From Cirrosporium novae-zelandiae (taxonomy: Eukaryota), in contig JAPETS010000018.1 in the NCBI GenBank assembly GCA_026023565.1, positions 1 through 64,000 on the forward strand: DNA of 64,000 nucleotides. The letters run 5' to 3'. Below, piece by piece: positions 1 to 14,333 of the stretch (positions are counted from its first letter, which is position 1; each line of letters begins with the position of its first letter). A program made the position numbers and the translations under genes. The notes beneath the pieces were generated by a model, which saw only the letters and a list, made by a program, of their open reading frames with translations, made no database searches and was not told the DNA's origin.

Positions 1-1942
1 CCCCCCCCCCCCCCCCCCCCCGAAACACCTCCCACCCATTTCTAGCACCATATGAATAACATTAACGCTAGCCTCTAGATATGAGATCGCGAACGGTGAT
101 GCCGCCTGGGAAGCTGCAGAAAAGCAAGTCCAAAAGGGGGCCAACAGCACCATGGTTAGTGTCAAGAGCTCAAAACCAGCAGCGAAGCGGAAGTTCGGGG
201 AAACTGCAGCCGAGATCTATGAGAAGGAGGTCGGTGGGGGAAAGAGTGAACGGAAGGCTAAGAAGATGAAGAAGGGGAAAAGGTGACAATGGATGGCCAA
301 TGGGTGATGGTGATGATGACGACGAACGAGGTAGTGGTGAGGCGGTAAGCGAGCGAGTGGGCATGGGGGCGTGAGTTACGGAGTAATGTTATTAGGATTC
401 TTTTTAAAAACAAAAAATGGGTAGAGAGAGCTCCTTTGGGGTGTATGGCATGCATGTATCAAGTTACACATCTAATTTATTATTATGATTGGAACAGAAC
501 GAACAGATCCGGATTTAGACCGACCGATCAACAGAAGGCTTTGTCTGTCTGTCTTGTCTGTCGAAGGCTCCTCAGATGCCGAGCTGGACCTGACTTATTT
601 ATGCACGCATGCACAATTTATAATTAATTATGCATTTTTTCAAGCCGAAGCACACATTATTAGATACCTGTTTAACACAAATCCAATCCAATCTACTGCG
701 GAAGAAATATCTAATAATGCAAAAAGTACCTACTCACATACATACATATACATACATATAACTCCCATCCGAAGTATCCGTCCGACAGACACACTCCGAT
801 GCCCGATTCGAAGTTTCCCATGTTTTCCATATGGAAAGCCTCCTACACACCCATATACACGTAGGCCTATCTGTCACCTGGACTGCAAAGTAATTAATTC
901 TTACTTTTCTATTGTCTTCTTTTTTTTCTTTTTTTGGGGGGGGGGGGGTTGTGTTTACTTATCCCGTGCTTTTCCGCTGGGGCATAGCACGTGAGGTGAG
1001 TGAGTGAATGATAATAACATACATACATATATACATAGTATGGTATTCCCCAAAAAAATGAAGTTCGATATTTCTATAAGGTTTAACATTGACTTTCAAA
1101 TAAAACTTGAACATGAAACAAATTTAAGTATGATTTTTTAATATTAGATAACAGGGACGTGGACGTGGTATTAATTAATTAAAAACAGGACAGGGATTCG
1201 ATTTGAAAATATGTTCATGGAATTAACTGGTAGAACGAGGTGGGGAATATGGATGGTTGGATGGATGGTTGGATGGATGAAGGAAGGGAGGAAGGAAGGG
1301 GTAGTCATGTTAAAGGTGATGATGATGGGGAGGAGGGATGGTCGGTCCCCCTTAAAGGTCTTATCGTTCCATTCATACCGACTTCGTATTATTATGACAG
1401 GGGCCTGGCCTGGTGAACATGTAGATTAGATGGTAAGGCACAAAAGTTGTCTTTAATCACAGAATTTTGCAAATGGTAGGTTAGGTAATTACCTAGGTAC
1501 CTTAGGTAGCTTAGTCTATAAGTAGTGCTTGATATTAAACATTAAAAATATAGTCCAATGTCTCTTCTTCCTATTCCCGGCATCTCAAGAAGAGAGCAAT
1601 ATGAGTGGAAACCACGTTTCTTTCCTAAGTCTATATTGGTCAAATCAAACAGTCATGTCCATACTTTTGCTGTTCCTGGTTCATGTGTCCCGTCACGTAA
1701 GTTATTTGTTTTTTTAAAATATGTAGCTTGAAAGCGCAAACGCACGCAAAAACTGATCCAGAGCCTGCTTTTGGAATCCCAAAGTGGAAGAGGCGTTTTT
1801 TTGGTTGCATCCTGCTTAGAAATTGTGTCGAAACAACTTTTTCTCGTCTCCACCTTGTTGTGGTTCTCTTGCACCTTAGGGCCTGGACATTCTTGTAGAA
1901 ACGAAAACTGCCCACCACTCTTCTACACATGCCACCCTCCAT

Positions 1943-3445
1943 CTAGTCATGCTTAGAGTACCCGTTCGACAATGGGCTATCCAACAGCCCATCTACCTCC
2001 CCATTTGCGCTCCTTGGTCTTGAAGGCTCGGGAATTGTGAGGCAGTTGATACCAAGGTAGTCGCATATACTGTTGATGACCAAGAATGCCCAGCGGAAAT
2101 AAACAATAATGGCAAAGACGAGGTATGCGTACATGTACCATAATTCGACAGTCGCATTTACGGGCGGGAGGCCTAGGAGAGGAAGATTGCCGAGAGCGGC
2201 GCCGCCGATCAGGGGTGCGAGCATGACAGTCCAGTAGGGGAAGGGTTGGCGGGTTAAGTGCGCGAGGATAATCTTTGTCGTCATGCGACCAAACACGAAG
2301 GACATGATGACGCAGAAGAGGACAAGTCTGTTTTCCTTTATGATATGGGAGAAGGGGGAGAAGAGCCATGCACCTATTGAAAATGTGAACACGACCATGG
2401 GCGTCCATTCGAGAAAGACGGGAAGGACGGGCAACTTCTTCTTTTGCCGCGCGATCATGACATTATAGACGCAAGCGGGGAGATGGAAGACCAAAAAGGC
2501 GCCGATGAGAATAGGGACCCAAAGATCTTTGAGTTTTAAATCACCCAAGAGGCTATCTAAGCCTACTAAGTCCGCAACGCGGTGAGCCCAGATTTGAGGG
2601 CCATAGTAGCCAGACGCTGCCATCATGAGACATGCGATAATCAAGCCTTCTGTTGGCCCGTTGAAATAGCCGAGGTAAAGCGTATGCGTGTGGTATGTCT
2701 CCCAGGTCGAGAAAAACATTGGCAGGCAGGGGACTAGGGCAGTGAAGACACCTGGTCCTGTGCATCCAAGACCCATGGCGGCAGTCTCCAGAAGACTAGC
2801 CAGCGTACAGTTAAGGGAATCAATTCCGTGGCTGTGACAAAAGTTAGTTCCGGGGGGGAAGGACAATTAATGGGCAAATGTACTCGAAAAGCTCTCCAAG
2901 GCCGCTGGAAGTACCAGTCCTTCGCGCTTGTTTGCCATCTAAGTTATCCATTGTAGAATACAACCAAAGACCTAATGCAAAACTATAGTACAGCCATGTT
3001 GGTCCCTATTCAATATACACAATTAATATTCATCGTCGTATCTAGGGATTTAATTCTATAGAATTGGGGTATTTACGTACCGGTCCAACCATATCTGGCA
3101 TAAATATCTCCAAGAAAACCACATTAATTAATATGCAGAAAAACCCGAGCAGGGTGACCATATTCGGCGCCAACCATAGTGGCAGCAATTTGACACCAGC
3201 CTCCCACTGTTATATATTGTCAGGAATATTCAGGTAAGATTGGCTATTTGAAGTGTGTCATACGTAGTGTTTTAAAATGTATCTCGATATCAAAGAACGG
3301 TCAACACTCGAGTATTTATAGGTCTTCAGGTTTGACAAGGCAGCTTCAGACACACATTCTATGTGAGCTATATATTTCACAACTGTCAGCGAAAACTGGA
3401 TACAGATAATATGTTGGATAAGGTACATGCTCTCAATATTTCCAT
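1943..3445 (-). CDS. EPT1: Choline/ethanolamine phosphotransferase (CDP-alcohol phosphatidyltransferase), multi-exon
   Basis: Spliced N-terminus MEILRASHIECVSEAALSNLKTYKYSSVDRSLISRYILKH; APNMVTLLGF; DNLDGKQARRTGTSSGLGELF..HGIDSLNC CDP-alcohol motif; STWETYHTHTLYLG; several short GT-AG introns. Start codon inferred. Confidence 0.9.
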
Positions 3446-4495
3446 GTATTTCACATCCTAACAAGCCACAATTATCGGGAGGCAGCAATCCAGTGAGAGA
3501 GATGGAGGAGGTCTTTTATTTTTCACGAAAGGCGTTCAACTGTCTTTTCACTTGCTGAACTTGGGGAGTAGCTGTGGCTTGCGAGGTGTGTGAAATACGG
3601 TGAGAGTAACTGAATGGGATGGGGGATTAGGCGCACCTTTATCCATCTTGAATGTGTGGTTGAGTCGGGGGACAGGGATAGGTGAAATGTAAATAAGGTG
3701 AGTTGAATGTTTATATCATCCTCCGGGGGGGCGTTTTCTCATGAAAAAATGGTTTAGGAAACTCCAAAGAAGAGATGGGAGAACATTGTAATGACAAGAA
3801 AAGAAGGGTCTATGATAATTTGAAGGCAGCAAGTACAAGTACTACTCGGAAAGCCATGACACGGAGTTGCATTTCAGGAGTCTTTCGATTTGACATTAAA
3901 CCCTGCTAACCTAATTTCAAGCCAATCACCAGTTAAGTTTGGAATGAATTTTGGGGTTAACTTGGTTCCCATTCAGGGTTTCCTCTGGGTCTTGGGTCTG
4001 GGCGTCTTTTTTTTTACCTCCGAGATCCGGTTAACAGGCACTGCACTATTACCAAGTATAGGCGCTGACAGGCTAGTGCCAATCTGGTTATCACCTTCAT
4101 ACTGGGCTTAGGCTGCTCTAACCAACATTCACCACTAGGTCTATCACGCATATCAATCAACTACTTTCAAGTCATCACCTCTTACCACATTAATAAAAAC
4201 ATCCGCCTTCTACACAACTTCTACTGAGACGTCCACTCCTACCATTGTACTATCGAAATCTCAAATCGCTCTCCGTTCTACTTTCGCCATTGATCTGAAA
4301 CCCTGACCATTCGCGACTCGAGATACCCGCGTTACTCGTCGAAAGATTTAATCCTTATTTTGGCTCAGGTGCTGGAGGATGTTTAGTTGCGCATGGTGAT
4401 CAGCTCATCTCCGAGCTCAGCTCCTCTGCCTTTCAAGGTATGAGCAGGGGTTTTCCTCTTTGCGACAACTTAAAAGAACCTGATAATACGTCAAT

Positions 4496-7400
4496 ATGGT
4501 GGGACTAGCTGAGCTTCCACTTCCACCTCTACCACCTCCACCTGCACCGCCTGCTGCAACCCCACAGCCACCAATCGAACGTGGGTTTTCAGTTGGACAT
4601 CAAAGGGTTGAGCTCGACATTGACTTTGCGACGCGCAGCTTAAGAGGGTCAACTGACATTACCATCCTCCCTCACTCTAAGGATCTAAAGCATGTGCGGC
4701 TCAACTGCAGACAATGCAAATTGACTCGGCTTACAGTCAATAATAAAGCTCAGAATTCCGAGTACAAGGAACCCTATAGGAATCTGAAGCTACATTTTCA
4801 AAGCAGCATTCACCAATACCACATTTTGGCAAAGAAGGCTGAGAATTTCAAGCAACCACCGGAAGGAGAGTTAGTGATAAATCTTTCCAAGAACGTGCGC
4901 ATAGATGAACTTGACCCGGAAGTATTACCAGATGCTCCAGGCTTGGTAAACGGCGTGACGAGGAAGAATTCGGATGATGCAAACGCAGGAGATGGCTTGC
5001 AAACACCAAGGCCGGTAGAGCAGGTCGCAAGGTTTTCACCAGTTGAGGTCCATATCGAGTTTTCAATCACCGATATTCGTGATGGGCTTCACTTCGTCGG
5101 TCTTGAAGACGGCGATTCTCGATATCCACATGCTTATTCGCGGCATTCACCCTCCGGTTCTGCTTGTTCTATCTTTCCTTGCGTGGATGATTTCGCTTCC
5201 CGACATACTTGGGAGTTTCAGATACGATGTGCTCGAACACTGGGTGATGCCTTCAGTCATCGAAGGGAACATGGAACTAGTAGTAATGCTATTCATAGCA
5301 CCTCGAATAGTGTCCATGGACCTCTTACTAATGGAAACCACGCTCATGGTAGGGGACACACTTCTCATGGAAAGCATATCATACACAAGAATTTTAGTCC
5401 AGAAGATGCTGCACTAGAGATGATGGTGATATGCTCCGGGGACATGACGGATGAGGTAATTCTTTATCAGGTCCTAAGCTAGGAATAATAGGCTAACTGT
5501 CACTGCTATAGATTGTGGACGAAACTGATCCATCGAAAGTCAAGGCCTCTTTTCAGTGCACTACACCGGTCGCACCTCAACATATTGGGTTTGCCGTTGG
5601 TCCATTCGAGCATGTCAACCTCTCCGAGTTTCGTGAAAGCGATGAAGACGACCATCTTGGACAAAATGCAATACCCGTTCATGGCTACTGTCTCCCCGGT
5701 CGAGCCGAGGAAGTTAGGAATACGTGTATTCCTATGGCAAAGGCCATTGACTTCATTACCATTGAATACGGGTCTTATCCGTTTTCGAGCTACAAAATGT
5801 GCTTTGTAGATGATTTGACGACTGATGTATTCAATACGGCTGCTTTATCGATATTCAGCAATCATCTCCTCTTCCCGGAAGAGATAATTGACCCTATCGA
5901 CAACGTTACCTGGGTTTTAGTCTGCGCACTAGCTACACAATGGATCGGTGTCAACATTCCCCCTGACGAAGCTCGAGATTTTTGGTTAGTCATGGGCCTT
6001 CCAGGTTTCATAGCAGGCTCATTCATCAAGAAGCTGTGTGGCAATAACGAGTATCGATATCGCCAGAAAAAAGTTGCAGATGAAGTGTGTGAGCTCGATG
6101 TAAATCGCCCGTCACTACATGAACTAGGTCCGATTTTGTCAATAGACCCGTCGGAGGCACGATTTATGGCTATAAAAGCGCCTTTGGTTCTTTTCATCCT
6201 GGATCGCCGCCTTGTCAAAGCTAGCGGACATGCTGGGCTAAATCGCATTATCACAAGGCTGTTTCTCAATGCCAAAGTTGGAAAGGACCTTCCCAATGGC
6301 GCGATATCAACGGCATATTTTCAGAGACTATGCGAACGTTTTGGTCATGCTAAGCTTGATACTTTCTTCCAGCAATGGGTTTATGGAGCTGGCTGTCCTC
6401 GGTTTGAAGTCACCCAAAGATTCAATAAAAAGAAACTGGTTGTGGAAATGCTCATAGTCCAGAAGCAAGGCGTCTCCGCTGATCCAAAGGATCTTGAGAA
6501 GGATAATTTTATACGTGACGTTAAGGAGGAATTGAATACAGTTTATGCAGGGCCAGTACAACCAGTATTCGCTGGGCCGATGACAATTCGGATTCATGAA
6601 GCAGATGGAACACCCTATGAGCATATCGTTGAGATACGAGAAGCTACCACCAAATTTGAAATACCTTATAATACTAAATATAAGCGTTTAAAACGAAGCA
6701 GGCGACAGAAGGAACGCGCAGCAGCAGCGTCCGGGGTAGATTTCTCAACAGAGGGTCATGATGATGTGCTACTATACTCCCTTGGTGATGTTCTGCAGTC
6801 TGAGGATGAGATCGCTGCATGGCAATTAAGTGACTGGAGCAAAGAAGACGAAGAACGGATGTCCCAAGAATCATATGAATGGATTCGTATGGATGCTGAC
6901 TTCGAATGGATTTGTCGAATGGCTTTCGGTATGCCCGGTTACATGTATGCATCGCAGCTACAACAGGATCGAGATGTCGTCGCCCAGCTTGAGTCCGTAC
7001 ATTACATTGGTCGCCAAAGAAAGCAACCTCCAATCATACCCACACTACTAGTTCGCACACTCATGGATAGAAGGTACTTTCATGGGATCAGGACTACTGC
7101 TGCAGAACTCCTAGCCAATTCAGCTAGAGAGGAGCTCAATTGGATGGGATTGAACCTTCTCGAGAAGGCTTTTCAAGAGCTTTTCTGTTTTACTGACTCC
7201 CCAATGACCCGCTCAAACGACTTTTCCGATAGGTCTTCCTACCGCATTCAGTGCGCAATTATCAAGGCTATTTCTAAAGTACGTGACAACAGCGGTAGAG
7301 CTCCATTGCGTGTCAAACGATTTCTACTTGATAAGTTGAAGTTCAATGACAATTCAGATAACGAGTTTTCGGACTGCTACTATGTCACGACAATCTTAAA

Positions 7401-8455
7401 TGCTCTGACGGACAGTTTCCTCTCAAAAACGGAGAACACGGGGTATGATTTTAATTACGACGAAGAAGAAGAAAGCGATGGTGCATTGTTGAGATCCTGT
7501 TTGGAAGAATTGGAACGATATAGACGAATGGATGAATGGCTTCCGTCATTCCAAAATATCTATGCACGAACAGCATTAGGCTGCAAGAAGCGTCTTGCCC
7601 AAGCAGGGCGTATCAAGGTGACTGCCGCTGACTTCCTTCAATACACAAGGGAAGGCACTTTTGATTTGCTACGCTTGGACGCATTTAGGGAGCTTACTGA
7701 CATGGGATCATTGAAGCATGGAAATATTATGCAGTGGTTTCTCTGGGTGTTATCGCATGATCCATCTCCTTTCGTTCGTCAGGTCATGCACAGACTCTTA
7801 GGGCTTGGACTGGCATCTATAGCATTCGGAGAAGGGATGCAATCAGATGAAGCACCACCCCAAAGCGGATTAATTATTGAACAAGAGAGCACAACCACTG
7901 CGCGGCAGGAACAGCTGTCTAGAAAACAGACAATAACGGGTGCCATGGCCGCTCTTAAGGTTGAATTGAGTAATAATCTAACTATGAAAAAGTCTTTTTG
8001 GGAAGCTACGACTTCTCCAGCGATTGGTATCGAGGAGGTACGAGATTTATTGGTCATCTGTCGTGTCCTTTATGATACGGTAGATCGCATGATGATTACC
8101 ATGAATCTTCCTCGTTACTGGAAAGTGGAGAGTCTCGGACGCGTAAGTTCTATTTTTCTATCTCGATACTTTAAACAAATTTGCTGAGCCTATATAGGGA
8201 AAGCTTAAATTTTCTCGATCCGATCACATCCGGACTAAGCTTATACCCAAGTTCGAGAGGAAGCAACTTCTTCCGTCCCTAAGTAGACGCGATAGTGGTA
8301 GTGGAGGTGCAACTGGCCCACGTCTTACGCTGAAGCCTCCAAAAACAAAAATGCCAACCTCATCCACGCCAGGACCAGGCCCTTCTGTTCGTATACCTTC
8401 TGAGGGCAAGCCGCTGAAATTAAAGTTAAAGGTCGGATCACGGCCATTGCACTAG
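4496..8455 (+). CDS. TAF2: Transcription initiation factor TFIID subunit 2 (M1-aminopeptidase-like fold)
   Basis: ORFs 4496-5482 and 5515-8187 joined by introns 5456-5511 and 8143-8197; motifs HQRVELDIDF, FPCVDD, QRFNKKKLVVE, GPMTIRIHEADGTPYEH, YEWIRMDADFEW, KFNDNSDNEFSD; stop TAG 8453-8455. Confidence 0.95.
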
Positions 8456-8820
8456 GAAAGCGATCCAGGTAAAATTCATGAAAGAAATTTGGTAAACCGA
8501 GCGAGGCGTTGTGGAGTTATACATTGCAGGCGCTGAGAGGAAAGGAAAAACTCGAGGGGTTTAGCATGGCAATTGGTGTTGAATTTTTTTTTGCGGAGGA
8601 TATTCTCTGGACTGGATAGCCCAGGTTCATCTCGCCAGTTCTCAAGACTTGCACAAAGCATGTATCAATAATTGGCAGGCAGAAACTTGCTTGCATAAAT
8701 GAAACCTAGTCCGACCATGAGGCCTACTTCTAATACCATATATTTGTTTTCATACGGCTTTAGCCCGAGGTAAATTGTCGTATCGTAACGAGAAGACTTC
8801 GTATATTCATCCATACCCCA

Positions 8821-9317
8821 TTATTTATCTCGATCACCGCCAATTCTTTCCAATGCCTATAATTCATGTTATTAGTACCAATTATCATAGAGTCCTAAGA
8901 GACATGTAGGAAATTCAACAACGGATCGTGTATGTACCTCGAGCATAACCACCGAATTCCCTCTAATAACCTGTCATAATAGATGAGTATATACTATTCA
9001 GAAACGATGATAAATCTGAGACTAACCACCATGCCTAGTCGAATCTTCTCACCGCCAGCCTTCTCCTCCACAGCATCGTCTAGCACAATATTGAGGAATA
9101 CCTGCGGGCTTTGTGAATTCGGTCCTTGTTTTAAAGGAGGAAAAACTTACATCGTAACCACGTAGCACGCCAATGACCTTGCGACTACCGTTCAACTGAA
9201 CGAAGAGGCGTTTGTCCAAGTACTGCCGTCGTTAGTTAAAAAAGTCTATTAAGAGCTGCGTGAGACACTAGAAGTATTGTGACTTACCTTCTTCAGTTCT
9301 GGTTGCGCTTGAGGCAT
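8821..9317 (-). CDS. SMX2: Small nuclear ribonucleoprotein SmG (multi-exon, missed by the ORF track)
   Basis: Spliced translation MPQAQPELKK|YLDKRLFVQLNGSRKVIGVLRGYD|VFLNIVLDDAVEEKAGGEKIRLGMV|VIRGNSVVMLE|ALERIGGDRDK*, with Sm1/Sm2 motifs and GT-AG introns. Confidence 0.95.
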
Positions 9318-9536
9318 CGTAAATGTTGCTAGTTGAACTGAGGTGATGTGCTTGAAGGTCGTGTTGCAGAAGTAGAGAGCTGCTTTGCGATGGAGGAACG
9401 TTTTACCGAAACTAACACCCACCACCTTAAATCACGTGCATCTTAAGTAACTACCTAGGTACCTAGCTATTTACATCTAGAATTTAAGACTGTGCAACTG
9501 ATTGATAGCTTGGCCCACCATCAAATATTTATTAAG

Positions 9537-10775
9537 ATGTCGTTTTCTACACGGAGGAAAGCCCGCAAGATTGGGCAAGATGATGATGAGTCAGAACCAG
9601 GTCCCCAGGTTCTCTCTACCGAAGCTACAGGTTCACCTATATCAAAAAAATCAACCTCCCATAAACCCAAGAAACGATCGTCCTTACGTCTATCCTTTGG
9701 ACCTGGACAAACATCGATGATAGAAGATATTAGCGAAGCCTCCGAAGTTTTCACACCAAAAAAATCTAGTCTAGCCCGACATGCTCTCGAGAAGAGCGCC
9801 CAAAAAAGAAGTTTGGGTGGATCGCATTTGGCAGACCTTCCTTTGAGAGCTAGCCAAGCTGAAGATCGCCCTACTTATAGCAAGGACTATCTTGATCAGC
9901 TAAAGAGCTCAACTCCATCCACACCCAAGAGTCTGCGCGCTTCAGAAACAGAACAGAAAGGTACTAATAGAGAAATCGACATAGCCAGCAAGTTTGGTCC
10001 TTCTATGGATGATACTAGTGCTTCAATTATCCCAAGTGAAGCTGAGATCAGAGAGAAAAAGGAGCGAAGAGCCCGACTAGCTAGAGAACAAGATTTCATA
10101 TCACTTGATGACGGAGAGCCTCAAGAAATATCCCTATTTCATAGGAAAAAAACTGAAACACGACTGGTTCGAGATGATGAAGACTTTGCTGAAGGGTTTG
10201 GGGAGTTTGTTGACGATGGAAAGATATCTTTGTCGAGAAAAGCAAAACGTGAACAGAGACGACGGCACAAGGAGGAAATGCGACAGATGATAGATGATGC
10301 TGAAGGATCCTCTGATGAAGATTCTGATGACTCCGACTTTCAGCGAAAAGCTGCCTTCGAAGCTGCCCAGACACGATCCGGTATGGATGGGCTTCAGAGA
10401 GATGATGATCAAGCGACAAAGAGACCTAGAACTCCACCAAAACTCACACCTCTACCTACCCTTTCTACGTGTCTAGAGCGGCTTCAGTCCACATTGACAC
10501 AAATTGAATATACTAAAATGCAAAGGTTGAAGAAGTTAGCGGATTTGCAGAAGCAGAAAGCGGATGTTGCCGTAAGGGAGATCGAAATACAGAGGCTACT
10601 TCAAGAAGCTGGAGAAAACTATGAAAAATTGCGGGCAGAAGCTGGCTTAGGCAATAAATCTGATCCCATCCTATCTGGAACCCCCTTGAATGTTTCTGCG
10701 GATCAACTTTCAATGAATCGGGGTCTGGAAAGTTTTGGAAATACTCCTATTGCCTCAGCGAGGAGCGACGAGTGA
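9537..10775 (+). CDS. NTR2: NineTeen-complex-related protein 2 (spliceosome disassembly factor) family
   Basis: Intronless ORF; RRKARKIG N-terminus, RPTYSKDYLDQLKSSTPSTPK, IPSEAEIREKKERRARLA, ETRLVRDDED and a C-terminal coiled coil, as recalled for fungal NTR2 proteins. Confidence 0.8.
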   Translation: MSFSTRRKARKIGQDDDESEPGPQVLSTEATGSPISKKSTSHKPKKRSSLRLSFGPGQTSMIEDISEASEVFTPKKSSLARHALEKSAQKRSLGGSHLADLPLRASQAEDRPTYSKDYLDQLKSSTPSTPKSLRASETEQKGTNREIDIASKFGPSMDDTSASIIPSEAEIREKKERRARLAREQDFISLDDGEPQEISLFHRKKTETRLVRDDEDFAEGFGEFVDDGKISLSRKAKREQRRRHKEEMRQMIDDAEGSSDEDSDDSDFQRKAAFEAAQTRSGMDGLQRDDDQATKRPRTPPKLTPLPTLSTCLERLQSTLTQIEYTKMQRLKKLADLQKQKADVAVREIEIQRLLQEAGENYEKLRAEAGLGNKSDPILSGTPLNVSADQLSMNRGLESFGNTPIASARSDE

Positions 10776-13700
10776 CTGAGGCGGTTAGATGGAATACTTT
10801 AGGATGACAAAGACACCCAATGGTCCAATGTGCAAAACCACATACTGCCATCGACCATCTGCACCCAAGCGGAATCCTAGGAATAGGTTTACGATCCCAA
10901 CAATATCACTCATTGGCTCTGATTCGAATACCAATAGTCCGACGGCAGTACAATTTTCTCTCTGGATAGGTCCAGAGTGCAGTAACTTGCCACATTCGAA
11001 TCTAAATGCATGTCATATTTGTTTTGGAAGTGTAAGCCTTTACAAAATAGTCTCTATCCGTTGAAGTATACTGAATTTAGCACAAGTCTTAACTGTGGGA
11101 AAAAATCTTGGGAATTTTCCAACCCATCGTGATCGACCCAAGATAGCAAATTAGCATTAGTATTACCCAGGTTTGTGAATGGAATTGGATTGCAAGATTG
11201 CGTGGCAGCTTAGACTTCCATATGTGAGACGTCATGCATGGCTGCAATCACATCTCCGAATTTTTATGTGTTTGCCGCAAGACACCAAGAACAGTCGGTG
11301 TTGATGAAGTTGACCAAGAAGCGGACTACATTTGTCAGACAAGCGGCCGAGGAACAGTGGTTCTAGACCACCCGAGATAATGATTCTTTAGTATATGTGA
11401 TCGAATGCGCTATTGGTCCTTAGATTGAAAGAGGTTGCAAGGCTGCTCAATGCTGACATTAACCACGCGGTGTGAAGTCATTCTATGGAGAGCTGATAAA
11501 AGCTTGTTCTCCTTCCAGCTGTCATGTGCACAATTCTCCTAACAAGTCGATTGACATTGTGCTACAACATATAGGCATACTGCATAGGGATTGTGGCAAA
11601 AATAATATCTTTATACATATCTGACTGGGGGGATTTAAGAGAACAGGTAGACATGCATCGTTTGTGGCATATCCGCCGCATGATGTACTTTCAAGGATTA
11701 TCAACAAGGTCAAGGAGACCTCCTGAAGCTCCGGTTCATCAGTTCCTGCCTAAGTTTCAAAATCATGCAAGTATCCAAAACTTTATTCGTGCTGCTGCGC
11801 CCTCATTTCCTTTTTCCATCCTCCACTTCAATCTCATGGACTATTTTGACCTATACCACCACATTGTGGCAACAAATGGCCGGCGGTTTAAGGAGAGGTA
11901 GGTGGGAATGGAGATCAACGCTACGAGAAGCATTACCTTTGCACAGAGATTCTACAGTTGACTTGAGCCATTGCCATTGCATATTCATGGATCAATGCGT
12001 TAACTCGCATGTCGATAGGGGGTGAGGCATTTGCTCCGACCCCGGATGTAGTTTTCCGAAATCGAAGATCTTGTTAAAGTTTTTTTTTTTTGGAGAATTT
12101 GAATGCCGCTCATATTCCGCGATACCTCCTTCTCCCTTTATCATTTAATTCGCAACAAGTTTCCCGTATCCAATAAACCAAAGCTTCCAATAATAGCTAA
12201 CCGGAAATTCGCCTACTTCCCATGACCTGCTTGCTTCTTAGTTCAGATTTCTTTTTATTAATCTTGTAGATCGTGAAGGATGCCTCCTAACTCCTTGTTC
12301 TGTTGATGGCTTTGCACTCCACCCCTATATCCTTAAACAACCCTAGTGCAACTTTCTCATGCCTGTGCTCTTCATGAAGGTACTGTTCAAGCTGATGGGA
12401 TGCTTTTGAGGATGTATTGATTGCTCGATTATTTGATTCATTGCTGAGTGAGAGTCAGTCTAGAGTATCTCGACAAAGTGTGAACAAGAAGGGCAACCGA
12501 CGAAGCCAGAGAGCTAACAGCTCCAGTAGAAGATATATCTCCCATGCTGACCATGGTTAGTCTCTGCGTTCGTATGTAAGGGAGATATCAGGCAGTGTTT
12601 AGATATCACAATCTGAAGGTTCTCCTGATGGGACGGAAGATGCAACTTATACTCCCAATCATAACTGAGATGGCTTGACCAAAGAAAGATATGATCTCGG
12701 ATCTTCCATGGTCTTAGCCATTAGAGAAATATCAACACGCGCACAACAAGCTTAGGAGTATTCTGTCGAACAGAAACCCGCACTGTCTCTCCACAACCCC
12801 TACAAACTCATTGTGTTCGGGGTCCCCACAGCGATCTGCAATGCACTGCAGCGATGTATTATCTATCTCCAAAGGTCTCATCTACTGCTCGCGCCCCGAG
12901 ATTGCGGGGTAAAGTAGTATGTATAAATTCATTAAAACAAGTCTCTTAGGGTTACGGGCAGTTCGGAGTTGTTCTCCTTTCGTTCAGATACCCCAAATAA
13001 GGGAAAACGTCGGTTAGAATATTGATGACTTACCCTCAGGTCTACTTATTAATCATTCATTTGCTGCAGCTGAAATTAAGCATACTTGGCGGCGCCAATT
13101 CCACATATCTAATCAGAGGATATACATGAGTCTACTACGTTGGAATGCCTGTTCAATCCGATCCATTCTTGATATGCATATTATAACAATAATTCTTAGT
13201 CGAGTGTTTGCTTGTTCATCTCGAAAATAAATTGAGGTTCCACTGTGGCTGGCTTAACCAGCACAACGCTGACTGCGAAGTAGCAAACAAGTCACAGCAT
13301 AGATATCGATGCTCTGCAGTTCTTGAGTATCAAACAACCTGATTTGGGTAGAAATTCGAACGGCCTGAAGACTGCGTGCCAGAAGTATCGATTTAAATGA
13401 GAGGGGAATAGTCCGTAGCAGTTGTGGTCATGTATGAATAAGGAAAGAAAATCTCGAGTTGGTAGCAGAGTTTGCTAACGGTAGAGAGAAATGGTTTTTG
13501 TAAATAATCAGGCACTCGGGTAACGGTCAAAGTAGCCGATAGCAAGGGTATTCAGTCAATTTATGACAGGTATCACGATAACGATTGAACACCCAAAAAG
13601 TCTTTTTGGTTTGTTTTTTAAGGAGATGCTCGAGGCATTTGGACATTGCAGAAAGGAAGCCGGCATACCACAGTGCGTGATATTAGACTATTGAGTTGCG

Positions 13701-14333
13701 AGTGACAGTCATCAAATTTGATAGCTGTGGCTTACGTAAATCTACTCGTTTAAAGTTTGCCAGCCTTCGAAGGCATCGAATGCATTATGAACTAATCCCT
13801 AACTTTGGACATGGACACATAAATCCAGATGTACAACATCTAGCATATTACCCTATGCGAAATTTTATCCATGAAATACATTGCTCCCATTAATCGCCAA
13901 GTCCCGAAATAGGAAGTAGCTTTGGTACAAAAAGAGAAGGTCGTTTGGAACTCGCTATTAGATGTAAGAGAATCACTACATAATGAATACATCCATCTCT
14001 AATCTACTTTTCAGGTGTACCAACACTCGAATAGGCTCTTGTTCGTCTAGTCACGGCATATTGTTCATGACTCGGTAACAGATCATTGGGATGACGATCC
14101 TTTAAACTGAAATCGTGGTCCCTAGGACCTTAGACTTGAATTGCAATACTTTATGATATCGAGGCCAAGTGTCTCTGTTAGCTACCGCTATAGTGGGAAT
14201 GGGACTTGAAGGGTGTTCCTCAGAACATTCATCATTCTTTTTTTTTTCAGTCATCTCAGACAGTTTCCGGCGTGTGGCAGAATATTTACAATTCCCTTGT
14301 CCTTGAAAAGTGGTGTTGTTGAAAGATCTCGGT

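Noticed and set aside
81..1900. Short ORFs at the window start, including 485-994
   Set aside because: Low-complexity, microsatellite-rich intergenic sequence with no recognisable protein motif.
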